Assembly: GCA_050123155.1 (NCBI GenBank) | Contig: JASFHP010000001.1 | Span: 140,271-204,270, forward strand | Reading direction: 5' to 3' | DNA: 64,000 nt | Origin: Candidatus Bathyarchaeota archaeon | Lineage (GTDB): Archaea > Thermoproteota > Bathyarchaeia > Bathyarchaeales > Bathyarchaeaceae | In this document: positions 1-8,857 of the stretch, piece after piece | How the letters are laid out: each line of letters starts with the position of its first letter | Numbering within the stretch: the stretch's first letter is position 1 | The notes under the pieces: generated by a model | Database searches by the model: none | Told to the model about the DNA's origin: nothing | Seen by the model: the letters and a program-made list of their open reading frames with translations, nothing else | Made by a program: the position numbers and the translations under genes

Positions 1-1
1 C

Positions 2-679
2 GTTTTAGGGCTGCTCGGAGTGCTTGGTTACCTTAAAACATGCTGCACAAACCTTCTAAACGAACTCACAGATATTCTTTTCGTCACCTCTATGATTCCC
101 CTTCTTCTCGTAATCTTCAAAGTGTCAACCCCCCTTATCGGCGCAATTCTGTTGGCAACTTTTGTGGCAAACACCTACCTCATGGCAAAAAAGCGGACAC
201 CCGCTGTCGAAACTAACGGAGTAGAAGCCCCTACTGAAAGACAAGGCAAAACAAAATTTGTCATACTGCTGTTGGTTGCCCTAGCAGGTGTAGCTGTAGC
301 CGCGCGCCTCGTCGTTTCGTCCGGAATCAGCATCGCAGCCACTCTTGGGGCTCCGTCAATACTGCTTGGCGCAAAGGTCATCGCCATTGGCACATCTCTT
401 CCTGAACTTACCACCGATTTTTCAGCTGTTCGAAGGGGACGCGTTCACTTGGCAATTGGGGGAATCATCGGCTCTAACCTCACAAACCTCACTCTTGTTT
501 TGGGAATAGTTCTTCTTGTTTCGCCCTCAGCGGTTGACATGACAATCTTCAACGAAATCCTCCCATTCCTCTTGATAACAACCGTGATTTTCTGGCGTTT
601 CCTCACAAAAGGCGGAATCTCCAAAACCGGAGGCGCCATACTATTAGGGGCGTACCTACTGTTTCAACTAATCACGTGA
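2..679 (+). CDS. Ca2+/cation antiporter (CaCA / YrbG-like), 5'-truncated by the window edge
   Basis: The frame is open from base 2, with no stop upstream of the track's GTG at 20. Multi-TM protein with the alpha-repeat signature GTSLPELTTDF...GGIIGSNLTNLTLVLG. Confidence 0.7.
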   Translation, partial: VLGLLGVLGYLKTCCTNLLNELTDILFVTSMIPLLLVIFKVSTPLIGAILLATFVANTYLMAKKRTPAVETNGVEAPTERQGKTKFVILLLVALAGVAVAARLVVSSGISIAATLGAPSILLGAKVIAIGTSLPELTTDFSAVRRGRVHLAIGGIIGSNLTNLTLVLGIVLLVSPSAVDMTIFNEILPFLLITTVIFWRFLTKGGISKTGGAILLGAYLLFQLIT

Positions 680-768
680 CCTACAAAGTCTCTAAAAGTT
701 ATATTTATTAGCTGAAGGGCGAGACTATTCGCTTGTTCGAAGAGTCGCTCTTTGAGGGGACTGTTAGT

Positions 769-1977
769 ATGTCTGAGACTTTCGTTGTGATTACGGCAAC
801 CGGAAAAGACAAGCCGGGGTTGACCACCGAGATAACCGAATCTATCTCCAAAGTAAACGGCAACATCGTTGACATCGAAGCCTTCAGCATGAGGGGACTT
901 TTCGCTATCTTCATGATAGTGGATTGCCGTTCCATGTCGGTGCCCTTTGAGCGTCTCAGAAGTCAGCTTATGGACATTGGAAAGAAGATAGGCTTAGACG
1001 TTACCATAGAGCCTTTGCCTGCTGGGCGACGGAAGAGTGGCAAAAAACTTGTGCTCTTAACAACTCTTGGAAAGGATAGACCAGGCATCGTGGCAAAGGT
1101 TTCGCGGTTTCTTTCGGAGAACAACGCAAACATCGAACGGATACGCATGATAGCCTATGGCGAATTGAACGCCATGGAGATACTCATCGACATCAACGGC
1201 ATCCCTATTTCCATCGAAGACTTCAAGGAAGACTTGAATAGAGAGTGCAAAAAAGTTGGACAGGATGTTGTTTTTCAGAAGGACACGGTTTTCCGGAGAC
1301 CCAAGAGGCTGATAGTCTTCGATGTAGACGGCACACTAATCGACGCTGAAATGATTGACGAACTGGCGAAAGCTGCTGGAGTCGGCGGAAAAGTCAGCGA
1401 AATCACCTCAAGAGCAATGAACGGAGAGATAGAATTCAAAGAGGCACTCAAAGAAAGAGTTAAGCTCCTGAAGGGCTTAGATGTCACGGTTCTCGAATCT
1501 ATAGTCGAAAACTTGGATGTAACCCCTGGCGCTGAGGAACTGATAACCGCCCTCAAAGCCCTAGGCTACAAAATAGCTCTCATTTCTGGAGGCTTCACCC
1601 AATTCGTTGAAAAGATCAAAGAAAAACTCGGAATCGACTATGTCTACGCCAACAAACTGGTAATCAAAGATGGGAAACTGACCGGCGAGCTGGTGGGACC
1701 CATAATTGATGCGGAGCGGAAGGCTGAGTTGATGCGGGAGATAGCGGAGAAAGAGAACCTTTTGATGGAGCAGGTGGTTGCTGTGGGTGACGGGGCAAAC
1801 GACAGGTTTATGCTCCAAAATTCGGGGCTGGGAATTGCGCTCTATCCTAAAGAGGTTCTTCAAAAAGTGGCATCTGGAGTCATAACCAAAAACAACCTAG
1901 CTGGAATACTCTACTGTCTGGGCGCACCAGAAGAAAAACTGAAAGAATTGGTTCCAGACAAAAAGCCTCACTCTTGA
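769..1977 (+). CDS. serB: Phosphoserine phosphatase with two N-terminal ACT domains
   Basis: HAD motif I FDVDGTLID, motif GDGANDRFML, and two ACT-like repeats (VVITATGKDKPGL, LTTLGKDRPGI). The ATG at 769 is preferred over the track's TTG at 733. Confidence 0.85.
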   Translation: MSETFVVITATGKDKPGLTTEITESISKVNGNIVDIEAFSMRGLFAIFMIVDCRSMSVPFERLRSQLMDIGKKIGLDVTIEPLPAGRRKSGKKLVLLTTLGKDRPGIVAKVSRFLSENNANIERIRMIAYGELNAMEILIDINGIPISIEDFKEDLNRECKKVGQDVVFQKDTVFRRPKRLIVFDVDGTLIDAEMIDELAKAAGVGGKVSEITSRAMNGEIEFKEALKERVKLLKGLDVTVLESIVENLDVTPGAEELITALKALGYKIALISGGFTQFVEKIKEKLGIDYVYANKLVIKDGKLTGELVGPIIDAERKAELMREIAEKENLLMEQVVAVGDGANDRFMLQNSGLGIALYPKEVLQKVASGVITKNNLAGILYCLGAPEEKLKELVPDKKPHS

Positions 1978-2012
1978 CTGCAGCGTGTTGCTTAAAAATT
2001 TGTTAGAAGCTG

Positions 2013-2363
2013 TTATTTTCTGAATTGTCTAATCTTCAGTATATCATTGTTCACGTCTTGGAACGTTTTGTAAATGTCTTCTACATGCAATGTTGACTTT
2101 TTTCTTCTGTTCTGAACAAGTCCAGCCACTAGGACTGCGGCGCCCATAGTTTCACTTACGGGAGTGGGCTCCGGGAAGGTTATCAAAGCTATGGCGATTT
2201 TGATGAGTTTAGACTTGTATCCGTCTCTCCATAACTTCTTAGCATTGTCCACATCCTTGGACATTTCGTTTATGACCTCAAGAGTCTCTGCGTAACTTAG
2301 CCCCAACTCTTGCAGCACAACAGCCATTCTCTTCAATTCTTCTGTTTCCACGGCGAACCCCAT
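2013..2363 (-). CDS. Hypothetical small protein with one hydrophobic segment
   Basis: 116-aa ORF with plausible composition. No motif recognised. Confidence 0.4.
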   Translation of the reverse strand: MGFAVETEELKRMAVVLQELGLSYAETLEVINEMSKDVDNAKKLWRDGYKSKLIKIAIALITFPEPTPVSETMGAAVLVAGLVQNRRKKSTLHVEDIYKTFQDVNNDILKIRQFRK

Positions 2364-2647
2364 TTCAATTTTAAATGTTAAAGGGAGTGTAAGTCCTTTC
2401 TAGCACAAAAGCTTTGGTACCAATAAAACGCACAAACAACCACTCTTCAAGATTCTGGCAACAAAAAAATTTAAACAAAACATGCAAAAGCGCTTCCATC
2501 AACTTTCTCTTTTAGCTAAAAACAGCCAATTTTCCAACAAGAAATTTCAACAACGGCTACAATTAATCATGCAGTTTCACTCTTTTAGTCTCCCTTGATT
2601 TCTGGAAAAACAAGCAACACCCAATTATTCACACGAACTTTCCGCAT

Positions 2648-2700
2648 ATTAGGAGACTAATAAAGGTACATTGTTGAAAACAGTGTTTTTTCTGGAAAAC
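2648..2700 (+). repeat. Interspersed ~50-bp repeat, copy A
   Basis: attaggagactaataaaggtacattgttgaaaacagtgttttttctggaaaac aligns with copies at 10065, 10162, 10262, 32824(-) and 63451. Degenerate fragments (tagtctcc, tttctggaaaaac) also occur at about 2585-2615. It lies just 3' of the minus-strand gene 2712-3248. Confidence 0.8.
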
Positions 2701-2711
2701 CATCGCGCCCG

Positions 2712-3248
2712 TTAGATTTGTTGCTGGGATTTTGAATGACCGTGCATGTAACCGCGAAAAACCAGCAAGTATATGTAGTATATTATTCCGATGACTCCCA
2801 GCCAGACACAAATATTGTAGATTGTTGTGCTCAGAGAAGGATTGTAGAGCGGATTAACCGTTAGTGGATAAAAAGGTTGCATTTCGCTGTAGAGTGGAGC
2901 ATCAAAGAGAGTGTGGATTGTGGTACCTAAAACACCCGCAACCATGAAAGATTTCAAACCTAACTTGCCGTTCGGCTCCAACAGTAAAACACTGTAGAAG
3001 TTATGTAGAAATTTCTCGAGAAGAAACATCGTGTAACCAAGACCGAGACCCACAAGTAAGGCTAGAAGGAATGTGTGAAAATATCCGTGCAATGGATACC
3101 TTAACCCGAGAAGAAGAACCAAAAAAGGTTCGACATCGAGTATTACGTTGGCTAATATGAAGGTGGGGGCGTGCAAATATTTTCTGAATGGAAGTCCTAA
3201 AGCAAAAGCTGGACCCAAATGGAATGGCGTAAAAGGCATCAGCATCAC
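2712..3248 (-). CDS. Integral membrane protein, His-rich (possibly DUF4184-like metal-dependent hydrolase)
   Basis: N-terminus MPFTPFHLGPA resembles the MPFT.sHP start of DUF4184 proteins. Several TM segments and conserved-looking His residues. The family assignment is tentative. Confidence 0.55.
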   Translation of the reverse strand: MMLMPFTPFHLGPAFALGLPFRKYLHAPTFILANVILDVEPFLVLLLGLRYPLHGYFHTFLLALLVGLGLGYTMFLLEKFLHNFYSVLLLEPNGKLGLKSFMVAGVLGTTIHTLFDAPLYSEMQPFYPLTVNPLYNPSLSTTIYNICVWLGVIGIIYYIYLLVFRGYMHGHSKSQQQI

Positions 3249-3553
3249 CTTGTTACGGTTTATGATTCTATGCTTAGGTGTCGACGTTCTTTAAGGGTTA
3301 CTGTAAAAAAACTTGGTGAATATGACCTGTTGTTGTAACTCTTGACGGGCTTCTGTCTCAATTTGTGTAGTACAGCCTAACAACCCTATAAGATTCTTAT
3401 CCAAAAAACCTCGATACAAAAAGAAATCTACAGGTTATAGTCAATTTTCTAACATTTTTTTCTTGGACTGTTTTATTGACAATTTAGATACATCCGTAGT
3501 GTTAATATTTATGTAATGTTAAATCATACGGTGAAATTCTTGGGGATAGCCGA

Positions 3554-4096
3554 TTGGTGAGGAAGAATATTGGTGAGGAGATTCGGAGTAGATTTCCTAG
3601 GTTAACGATGAGTCTGGTCATGGCTGTTATCTTCTATCTAATAAACACCTTTGTTCCGGGCACGATGGAGGACATAAATCTTCCAGGCATTAACATGAAT
3701 GTCGGAACACTAATCGGAACCATTGCGTTGATTTTCATGGCAATCTTTCTTATCCGTGCATTGGCAGATGCTTTGGTGCTAAGCGACATCGTAACTGACA
3801 TATTCGTTAAACAATTGGGAATAAAAGAAGAGCGGTCTCCGAAGAGGGCTGCAAGAGACTTCATATACATTATTGTCATTATTCTGGTGACAACAGCTCT
3901 TCAGTCTCTAATAGCAACTTTAGACCCGAGTATCAGTGACTCTTTGGGAACCGCTACGATATATGTTGCTCTCGCAATAATCCTCATCCTAATTTATGAT
4001 ATTGGACGAATCCTTTACAGAATAGTTGAACGGAAAGCCGAATCTATGGCAGACAGTCTTGCCAAAATGACTGACCGAGGAAAAAACAGGGAGTAA
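3554..4096 (+). CDS. Membrane protein of unknown function, paralog of 51309-51896
   Basis: TTG/GTG start. About 4 TM segments. Shares LGIKEE, DFIYIIVIILV and IYDIGRILYRIVERKAES blocks with the 195-aa protein at 51309-51896. Stops 1 nt before the next gene. Confidence 0.6.
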   Translation: MVRKNIGEEIRSRFPRLTMSLVMAVIFYLINTFVPGTMEDINLPGINMNVGTLIGTIALIFMAIFLIRALADALVLSDIVTDIFVKQLGIKEERSPKRAARDFIYIIVIILVTTALQSLIATLDPSISDSLGTATIYVALAIILILIYDIGRILYRIVERKAESMADSLAKMTDRGKNRE

Positions 4097-4097
4097 A

Positions 4098-5375
4098 ATG
4101 GACCAAATTCAAATAATATTCATCCTCATCTACCTGTTAACCATTCTACTCTCAGCTACCAAAATCGTTCCCATGTCAGTCGCTGCCATGATTGGAGCTT
4201 TGCTTACAGCCTTTTTTGGTCTCATGTCCCCCTACGAAGTGTTCACCTATGAGGATGCTATAGGTTTCATCGACATTCGGCTAATCTTTCTGTTGCTGGG
4301 CGTCATGATTGTGGTGGAAGTAGCTGAACGAAGCGGTCTCTTTCGTTTCGGAGCCTTGTACGCCGTCAAAGTTTCACGTGGAAATCCCAGTATACTTTTT
4401 GTCTCTATCTGCGTGATCGCTGCTGCTGTTTCAGTGTTTCTCAGCGATCCAATGGCGATGCTGCTCATAGCCGCTGCCATGGCTACCATAACCAAGCTGT
4501 TACGTTACGATCCTGTGCCTTACTTCATCTCTGCCATGATAATGATCAATCTGGGGGGAACAAGCACCCTGATCGGTTCAGTGTCGAACATGATAATCGG
4601 TATTCAAGCTGGGATAAGCTTCACCGACTTCATTGGATACCTAGCCGTTTGTGAACTTGCTCTCTGGGCAATAACCATCTTCGTTTTGTACATGATCTTC
4701 AAATCAAGGCTGGGCGAAAAAAAAGAACTACCAGAATACAATCCCTGGGAGAGCGTGGAAAACAAGACACTCTTTTACCGTTCCATTTTCATCCTAATCC
4801 TTCTGGTAGGTCTCTTTTTGACTCTGGAAAACCTTGGAGTTGGAGCTGAAGCTGTTGCCTTAGGATGCGCTATCATTGCTTTGGCTCTAAGTGGTGCTGA
4901 CCCCGCAGATATTTTCAAGAAACTAGACTGGGAAACAATATTCTTCATCGCAGGCTTCATGTTTGTGGTTGGGGGTCTAGAAAGCACATTACTCTTAGAC
5001 GACATATCGAGGCAACTTTTCCAAACAGTTGGACAAAGTCCATTAGGGGCAAGCATGGCCACTCTGTGGGCTAGCGGTCTTGCAAGCAGCGCAGTAAGTA
5101 ACCTCGCTATTGCCCTAACTTTTACTCCGATAATCAGCGGAGTTGCCTCATTAAACTCGGCAGCCGTGTGGTCAGCGTTGGTTCTCGGAACGAATCTAGG
5201 AGGCGCTACTACACCTTTGAGTGGTTCTGTAATCATAATGGGCATAGGCGCCCTAAAACGCGAAGGAATCTCTCTGAGTTTTGCTGAGTTCACAAAAGTG
5301 GGTTTAATCACTTCTCTTGTCCAGTTAGGCTTTGCAAGCCTTTATCTAATTGTACGGTTCAATTTATGGGTGTGA
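4098..5375 (+). CDS. ArsB/NhaD-superfamily (citrate transporter-like) permease
   Basis: 425 aa, about 10-12 TM segments, with duplicated halves and a central hydrophilic loop typical of ArsB/NhaD/YbiR-type anion permeases. Confidence 0.7.
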   Translation: MDQIQIIFILIYLLTILLSATKIVPMSVAAMIGALLTAFFGLMSPYEVFTYEDAIGFIDIRLIFLLLGVMIVVEVAERSGLFRFGALYAVKVSRGNPSILFVSICVIAAAVSVFLSDPMAMLLIAAAMATITKLLRYDPVPYFISAMIMINLGGTSTLIGSVSNMIIGIQAGISFTDFIGYLAVCELALWAITIFVLYMIFKSRLGEKKELPEYNPWESVENKTLFYRSIFILILLVGLFLTLENLGVGAEAVALGCAIIALALSGADPADIFKKLDWETIFFIAGFMFVVGGLESTLLLDDISRQLFQTVGQSPLGASMATLWASGLASSAVSNLAIALTFTPIISGVASLNSAAVWSALVLGTNLGGATTPLSGSVIIMGIGALKREGISLSFAEFTKVGLITSLVQLGFASLYLIVRFNLWV

Positions 5376-5635
5376 ACAAGTTGGTTAGAAAATGGATCGA
5401 ATCTAGAAACAACAAACCAGAAACCGAGTATGAAGAGGTTAAAAGAGAATTTGAGATGGCCATTGGACAGCCTTTCATTACCTTGAAATTGGAAATTCCG
5501 GTGGGATTCGAAGAGTTCAGCAGCGACTTTCGTAAACTGGAAAACGATCTTCGGTTCCATGAAGAAGTTAAGGATCTAATAAAAAAGCGTCTCCTGCTTG
5601 ATTCGCGTCGCAAAAAGAGTGCACACGTGGAATGA
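5366..5635 (+). CDS. Hypothetical charged small protein
   Basis: 89-aa ORF overlapping the permease 3' end by 10 nt. No motif recognised. Confidence 0.35.
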   Translation: MGVNKLVRKWIESRNNKPETEYEEVKREFEMAIGQPFITLKLEIPVGFEEFSSDFRKLENDLRFHEEVKDLIKKRLLLDSRRKKSAHVE

Positions 5636-5785
5636 ATCTTTCTCTGCTGTGGATTTGTGTTTTCTACCTTTTTTTAGTTATTACTCTTTAGCGTGAGCAA
5701 AACGGCTTTTTTGGTAGAGTTTCAAGAACCGTTTAGTTTGGTATAATAACCTCATTTAAGACCAGAATTGATTTTTGCACCGTTG

Positions 5786-6199
5786 TTATTCGAGGTCGTC
5801 TAACATTTCCTTCAGAGATTCTACTTCTTCTCGAAGCGAGGCTACCTCTTTCTCCAGAGTGCTGGCTTTCTCTTCTCCTGCTCTCTTGAGGTTCTCTATT
5901 TCTTCCAAAAGTTCAGTTCTCTTGCTTCTCAGTTTCTCAATTTTCTCCTTCAAGTCCCCCAACGTCTGCACAAGCCTCCTCTCAATTCCCTTAATTTCCT
6001 TAACCATGCCTTTAAAATTTACCCTCTCTTTTCCTTTCCCCACAACCTCACGGAAACTTTTTTTGCATACAGGACACGTGAAGAGCCCCAAAGTAAGCTT
6101 GAATCTTTCACCAGTTTTGCTGGGTCTGCCAACCATAGACCACGTTTTGGTTGGTTCGGTCACTTTGGTTCCACATCTGGGGCACACTGACAACTGCAA
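5786..6199 (-). CDS. Zinc-ribbon plus coiled-coil protein
   Basis: CPRCG...(x31)...CPVCKK zinc ribbon followed by a heptad-rich Glu/Lys/Leu C-terminus. The overlapping plus-strand ORF 5775-6212 is a Ser/Leu-rich shadow. Confidence 0.6.
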   Translation of the reverse strand: MQLSVCPRCGTKVTEPTKTWSMVGRPSKTGERFKLTLGLFTCPVCKKSFREVVGKGKERVNFKGMVKEIKGIERRLVQTLGDLKEKIEKLRSKRTELLEEIENLKRAGEEKASTLEKEVASLREEVESLKEMLDDLE

Positions 6200-6675
6200 A
6201 CCTCATTATTAGTTGAGGCTATTCATTAAAAGTTTTTTTAATGTTCTAGCGTCCACTTCTGTTAATCTGTGACTGCTCTAAACGCGAACTGCCTCTGCGC
6301 TTGTCAGTTATTGGGTTTGGTGCATCTTTTGGTTCTTCAGTTGAAACAGTAATGTTGGGTTGAAACTTGTGGCGGGAGCATGGTGGATGGTGTGTACACG
6401 TTTTGGGGGTCAGTTTCTGAACTGAACCTGTCTTTGAGGTGGGGGAGGCCTCCGGCCCTAATACGTTCAATATTTGTCCATTTCATAGAATATACGTTCA
6501 TTTTTACATAATTTTTATATATGAGCTTCCAATATTAATGACTACGATTGAATGGTGGTGAAGGGGTGTGGCGCCAGAAACTGTCAAGAAACCCGAATGC
6601 AAACAAGAAACGAAACCAAACTATACCGACGCAGAAATCGCTGAGCCATGGTACTTCACCCACATCTGAGGAAGC

Positions 6676-6933
6676 ATGAACCAAATACATGGGGACCAAA
6701 TCATGAAGGCTGAATGTTGCCTGAAAAGCGAAAGAACCACAAAAAAGTACATGAAAAACGAAACGAAATGCCTGATATGCGAGAACACTGTCTTCAGAGT
6801 CGACAGAATCACACCGGAACTTGTTATGTTAACCTGCGAGAATTGCGGGGAGTCTCACATGATAGGCATAAACTCGGATGAAAAAGGTATATATCTGACA
6901 TTCTGGAGTCCAGAAACAGGGATTGACGAATAG
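6676..6933 (+). CDS. Small zinc-ribbon protein
   Basis: CLICEN...(x19)...CENCGESH four-Cys ribbon. The real start may be the internal MKNETK. Lies 17 nt upstream of the AsnB-like gene. Confidence 0.45.
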   Translation: MNQIHGDQIMKAECCLKSERTTKKYMKNETKCLICENTVFRVDRITPELVMLTCENCGESHMIGINSDEKGIYLTFWSPETGIDE

Positions 6934-6950
6934 AGAGTCAATCACAAATC

Positions 6951-7952
6951 ATGCTAAAGGAAGAAAATGGTATGAAACCAGATGAAGTAGACTTGGTTAA
7001 ACTCCTGCCAGAGGCTCGCGCCTTAGTCAGCAAAGTTGTCCAAAAAAATATGGCTGAAGGGATCCTGTTTTCAGCTGGAACTGACACAAGCATAATAGCC
7101 TATGAGGCAGTGAAATACAACCCAGACATTCAGGCGATAACAGTCTCTTTCAAACAAGGAAAACCTAGAGACACCGAATACGTAAAGAAAATGGTGGACT
7201 TTCTTAAACTCAATCACGAAACCCACGTCTTCAATGTGGAAGCCGCAATTGATGCTGCAAAAGACGTCGTTAAGGTGCTGAAGACTTTTGATCCAATGGA
7301 CGTCAGAAACACTCTTCCAGCATACATAGGATTAAAGGTAGCTAAAGAGAAAGGCCTCAAAAGCGTTATTACAGGCGATGCTTTAGACGAGCTCTTCGGT
7401 TATCCTTGGCAATTCCATCTATCCGAAACCGAGTTTGCTAAGGCATTATCTGATATGTGGGGCGAAATGGCCTTCTCCTCTACGCCTATGGGCGATTCAA
7501 TTGGCGTAAAAGTGCATCAACCCTATCTTGATCCCCTGTTCATGGACTACGCGAAGAAGCTTCCAGTGAGCCTCAAAGTAAACCTTCATAATGGAGAGAA
7601 ATATGGCAAATGGCTTCTCCGCAAAGCCTATGACGGATTCATTCCAGACGACGTAATCTGGCGAGGAAAAGCGCCTCTAGAACAAGGAACAGGAACATGG
7701 GTTCTGCCAGACTACTTTGAAGAAAAGATGCCGACAGCAGATTTCGAGGAGAAAAAGAAACTTATCCTAGAAGAAGACGATGTGGTAATCACTTCCAAAG
7801 AGCAACTGATATACTACGAGATTTTCAGAAAAACTTTCGGAAAACCCTCCGAAGTCTACGGTGAACCTGTCGGCAAACAATGTCCCAAATGCAAAGGATA
7901 CGTTAAAACAAAAATCGGATTCTGCAAAATCTGCGGAAACTACCCCATATAA
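6951..7952 (+). CDS. Asparagine-synthase-like synthetase domain only, with C-terminal zinc ribbon
   Basis: Blocks typical of the AsnB C-terminal domain are present (ITGDALDELFGYPW, KWLLRKAYDGFIPDDVIWRGK). The PP-loop position reads SAGTDTS instead of SGGxDS. There is no glutaminase domain. C-terminal CPKC...CKIC. Confidence 0.7.
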   Translation: MLKEENGMKPDEVDLVKLLPEARALVSKVVQKNMAEGILFSAGTDTSIIAYEAVKYNPDIQAITVSFKQGKPRDTEYVKKMVDFLKLNHETHVFNVEAAIDAAKDVVKVLKTFDPMDVRNTLPAYIGLKVAKEKGLKSVITGDALDELFGYPWQFHLSETEFAKALSDMWGEMAFSSTPMGDSIGVKVHQPYLDPLFMDYAKKLPVSLKVNLHNGEKYGKWLLRKAYDGFIPDDVIWRGKAPLEQGTGTWVLPDYFEEKMPTADFEEKKKLILEEDDVVITSKEQLIYYEIFRKTFGKPSEVYGEPVGKQCPKCKGYVKTKIGFCKICGNYPI

Positions 7953-8045
7953 CAAAGTGGTCAATACTCCAAATATTAACCACAAAAAATTTCTGCGGTA
8001 TAAAAAAAATGCTATTTCAATAAGTTCATTAAGACAAAAAACATA

Positions 8046-8408
8046 CTACAAGTGTTGGAAATCTGGAAGGTAGCTATTAATCAAACGATCTATGTCCTGT
8101 TGTGATATGTGATTTTCACTGTCAGGGTTATACCGAGCAACACGACTCTTATTATAAAGCGTTTGATACTTAGTTGAAACTGACCTCAAGTGAACTGAAA
8201 CATATCTATTTCTTCCGTGAGCCCCACCATGAACATCTGGATGAATATTTAGACGTGCCAGTCGTGAATCAACGTAATGTAAGCAAGCATAAAATAATAT
8301 AACGACTCTCCAATCATTAAATCCCGTTGTAGGTAAATTGTTATTCAGTAGACTGAGATTATGTTGAGCTTTTCTAATATGTGAAGGTCTGTCTCCCATT
8401 GACGTCAT
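8046..8408 (-). CDS. HEPN-like small protein, last gene of the AT-rich cassette
   Basis: Helical pattern KAQHNLSLL / WRVVILFYACLHYVDSRL. HGRNRYVSVH fits R-x4-6-H. YNKSRVARYNP resembles the Y..aRYP ending of classical HEPN domains. ATGA overlap with the upstream gene. Confidence 0.5.
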   Translation of the reverse strand: MTSMGDRPSHIRKAQHNLSLLNNNLPTTGFNDWRVVILFYACLHYVDSRLARLNIHPDVHGGAHGRNRYVSVHLRSVSTKYQTLYNKSRVARYNPDSENHISQQDIDRLINSYLPDFQHL

Positions 8409-8857
8409 CTCAATTCATTTTCTGGGAAAACTTTGATACTGTTATTGGGAAGTACATTCTGAAGATTCTGTTCATATAGTGGGTAAACCATGAAATCAAG
8501 ATCAAGTTCATTGTGTATACGCATTAATTCACACTGGGCTTCAGCGATTCTTTCCTCAACATTCAAATCATTTTCTCTAATGAATGTCCAAATGTCCACT
8601 AATTCTTCTTTTTCTATATAGTAAACCGCTTCGACTAGGTCAAGTTCATTGATTCTGTCGATATACAAATTTAGTGCAAAAACAAGACCCATTTTTTTTA
8701 TTAAGTTTTTCATGTCCTGTTGATAAACTTCCAAATTTTTTTTCAAAATATAATTCTTTTTCTTTTCTTCCTGTAATTTTAGGTGAGTCAAGCAGACACG
8801 ATCGCATCCCTGATAATCACCAACAGATTTAATAAAATCATAATGTTGTTCAGACAT
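8405..8857 (-). CDS. Hypothetical protein, middle gene of the AT-rich cassette
   Basis: ORF 8405-8911. The start at MSEQHYDF (8857) leaves a 6-nt gap after the upstream gene. No motif recognised, and no GS...D.D nucleotidyltransferase signature. Confidence 0.5.
   Translation of the reverse strand: MSEQHYDFIKSVGDYQGCDRVCLTHLKLQEEKKKNYILKKNLEVYQQDMKNLIKKMGLVFALNLYIDRINELDLVEAVYYIEKEELVDIWTFIRENDLNVEERIAEAQCELMRIHNELDLDFMVYPLYEQNLQNVLPNNSIKVFPENELR

Noticed and set aside
2629-2811. 60-aa and 64-aa ORFs (2629-2811 and 10066-10260, minus strand) overlapping the interspersed repeats
   Set aside because: They are created by the repeat sequence itself (similar translated junk at both loci) and lack start context, so they are treated as non-coding.
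5775-6212. 145-aa plus-strand ORF
   Set aside because: It is the Ser/Leu-rich mirror of the zinc-ribbon/coiled-coil gene on the minus strand, so it is a shadow ORF. The same reasoning applies to the many antisense ORFs inside smc, mcm, hel308, the permease and the kinase, for example 39065-39802, 4775-5311 and 54041-54496.
6246-6470. 74-aa minus-strand ORF or a structured RNA in the 470-bp intergenic region
   Set aside because: The ORF has a TTG start, Pro/Thr/Ser-rich low-complexity translation and no motif. I looked for SRP RNA and RNase P signature motifs and found none. It is left unannotated.
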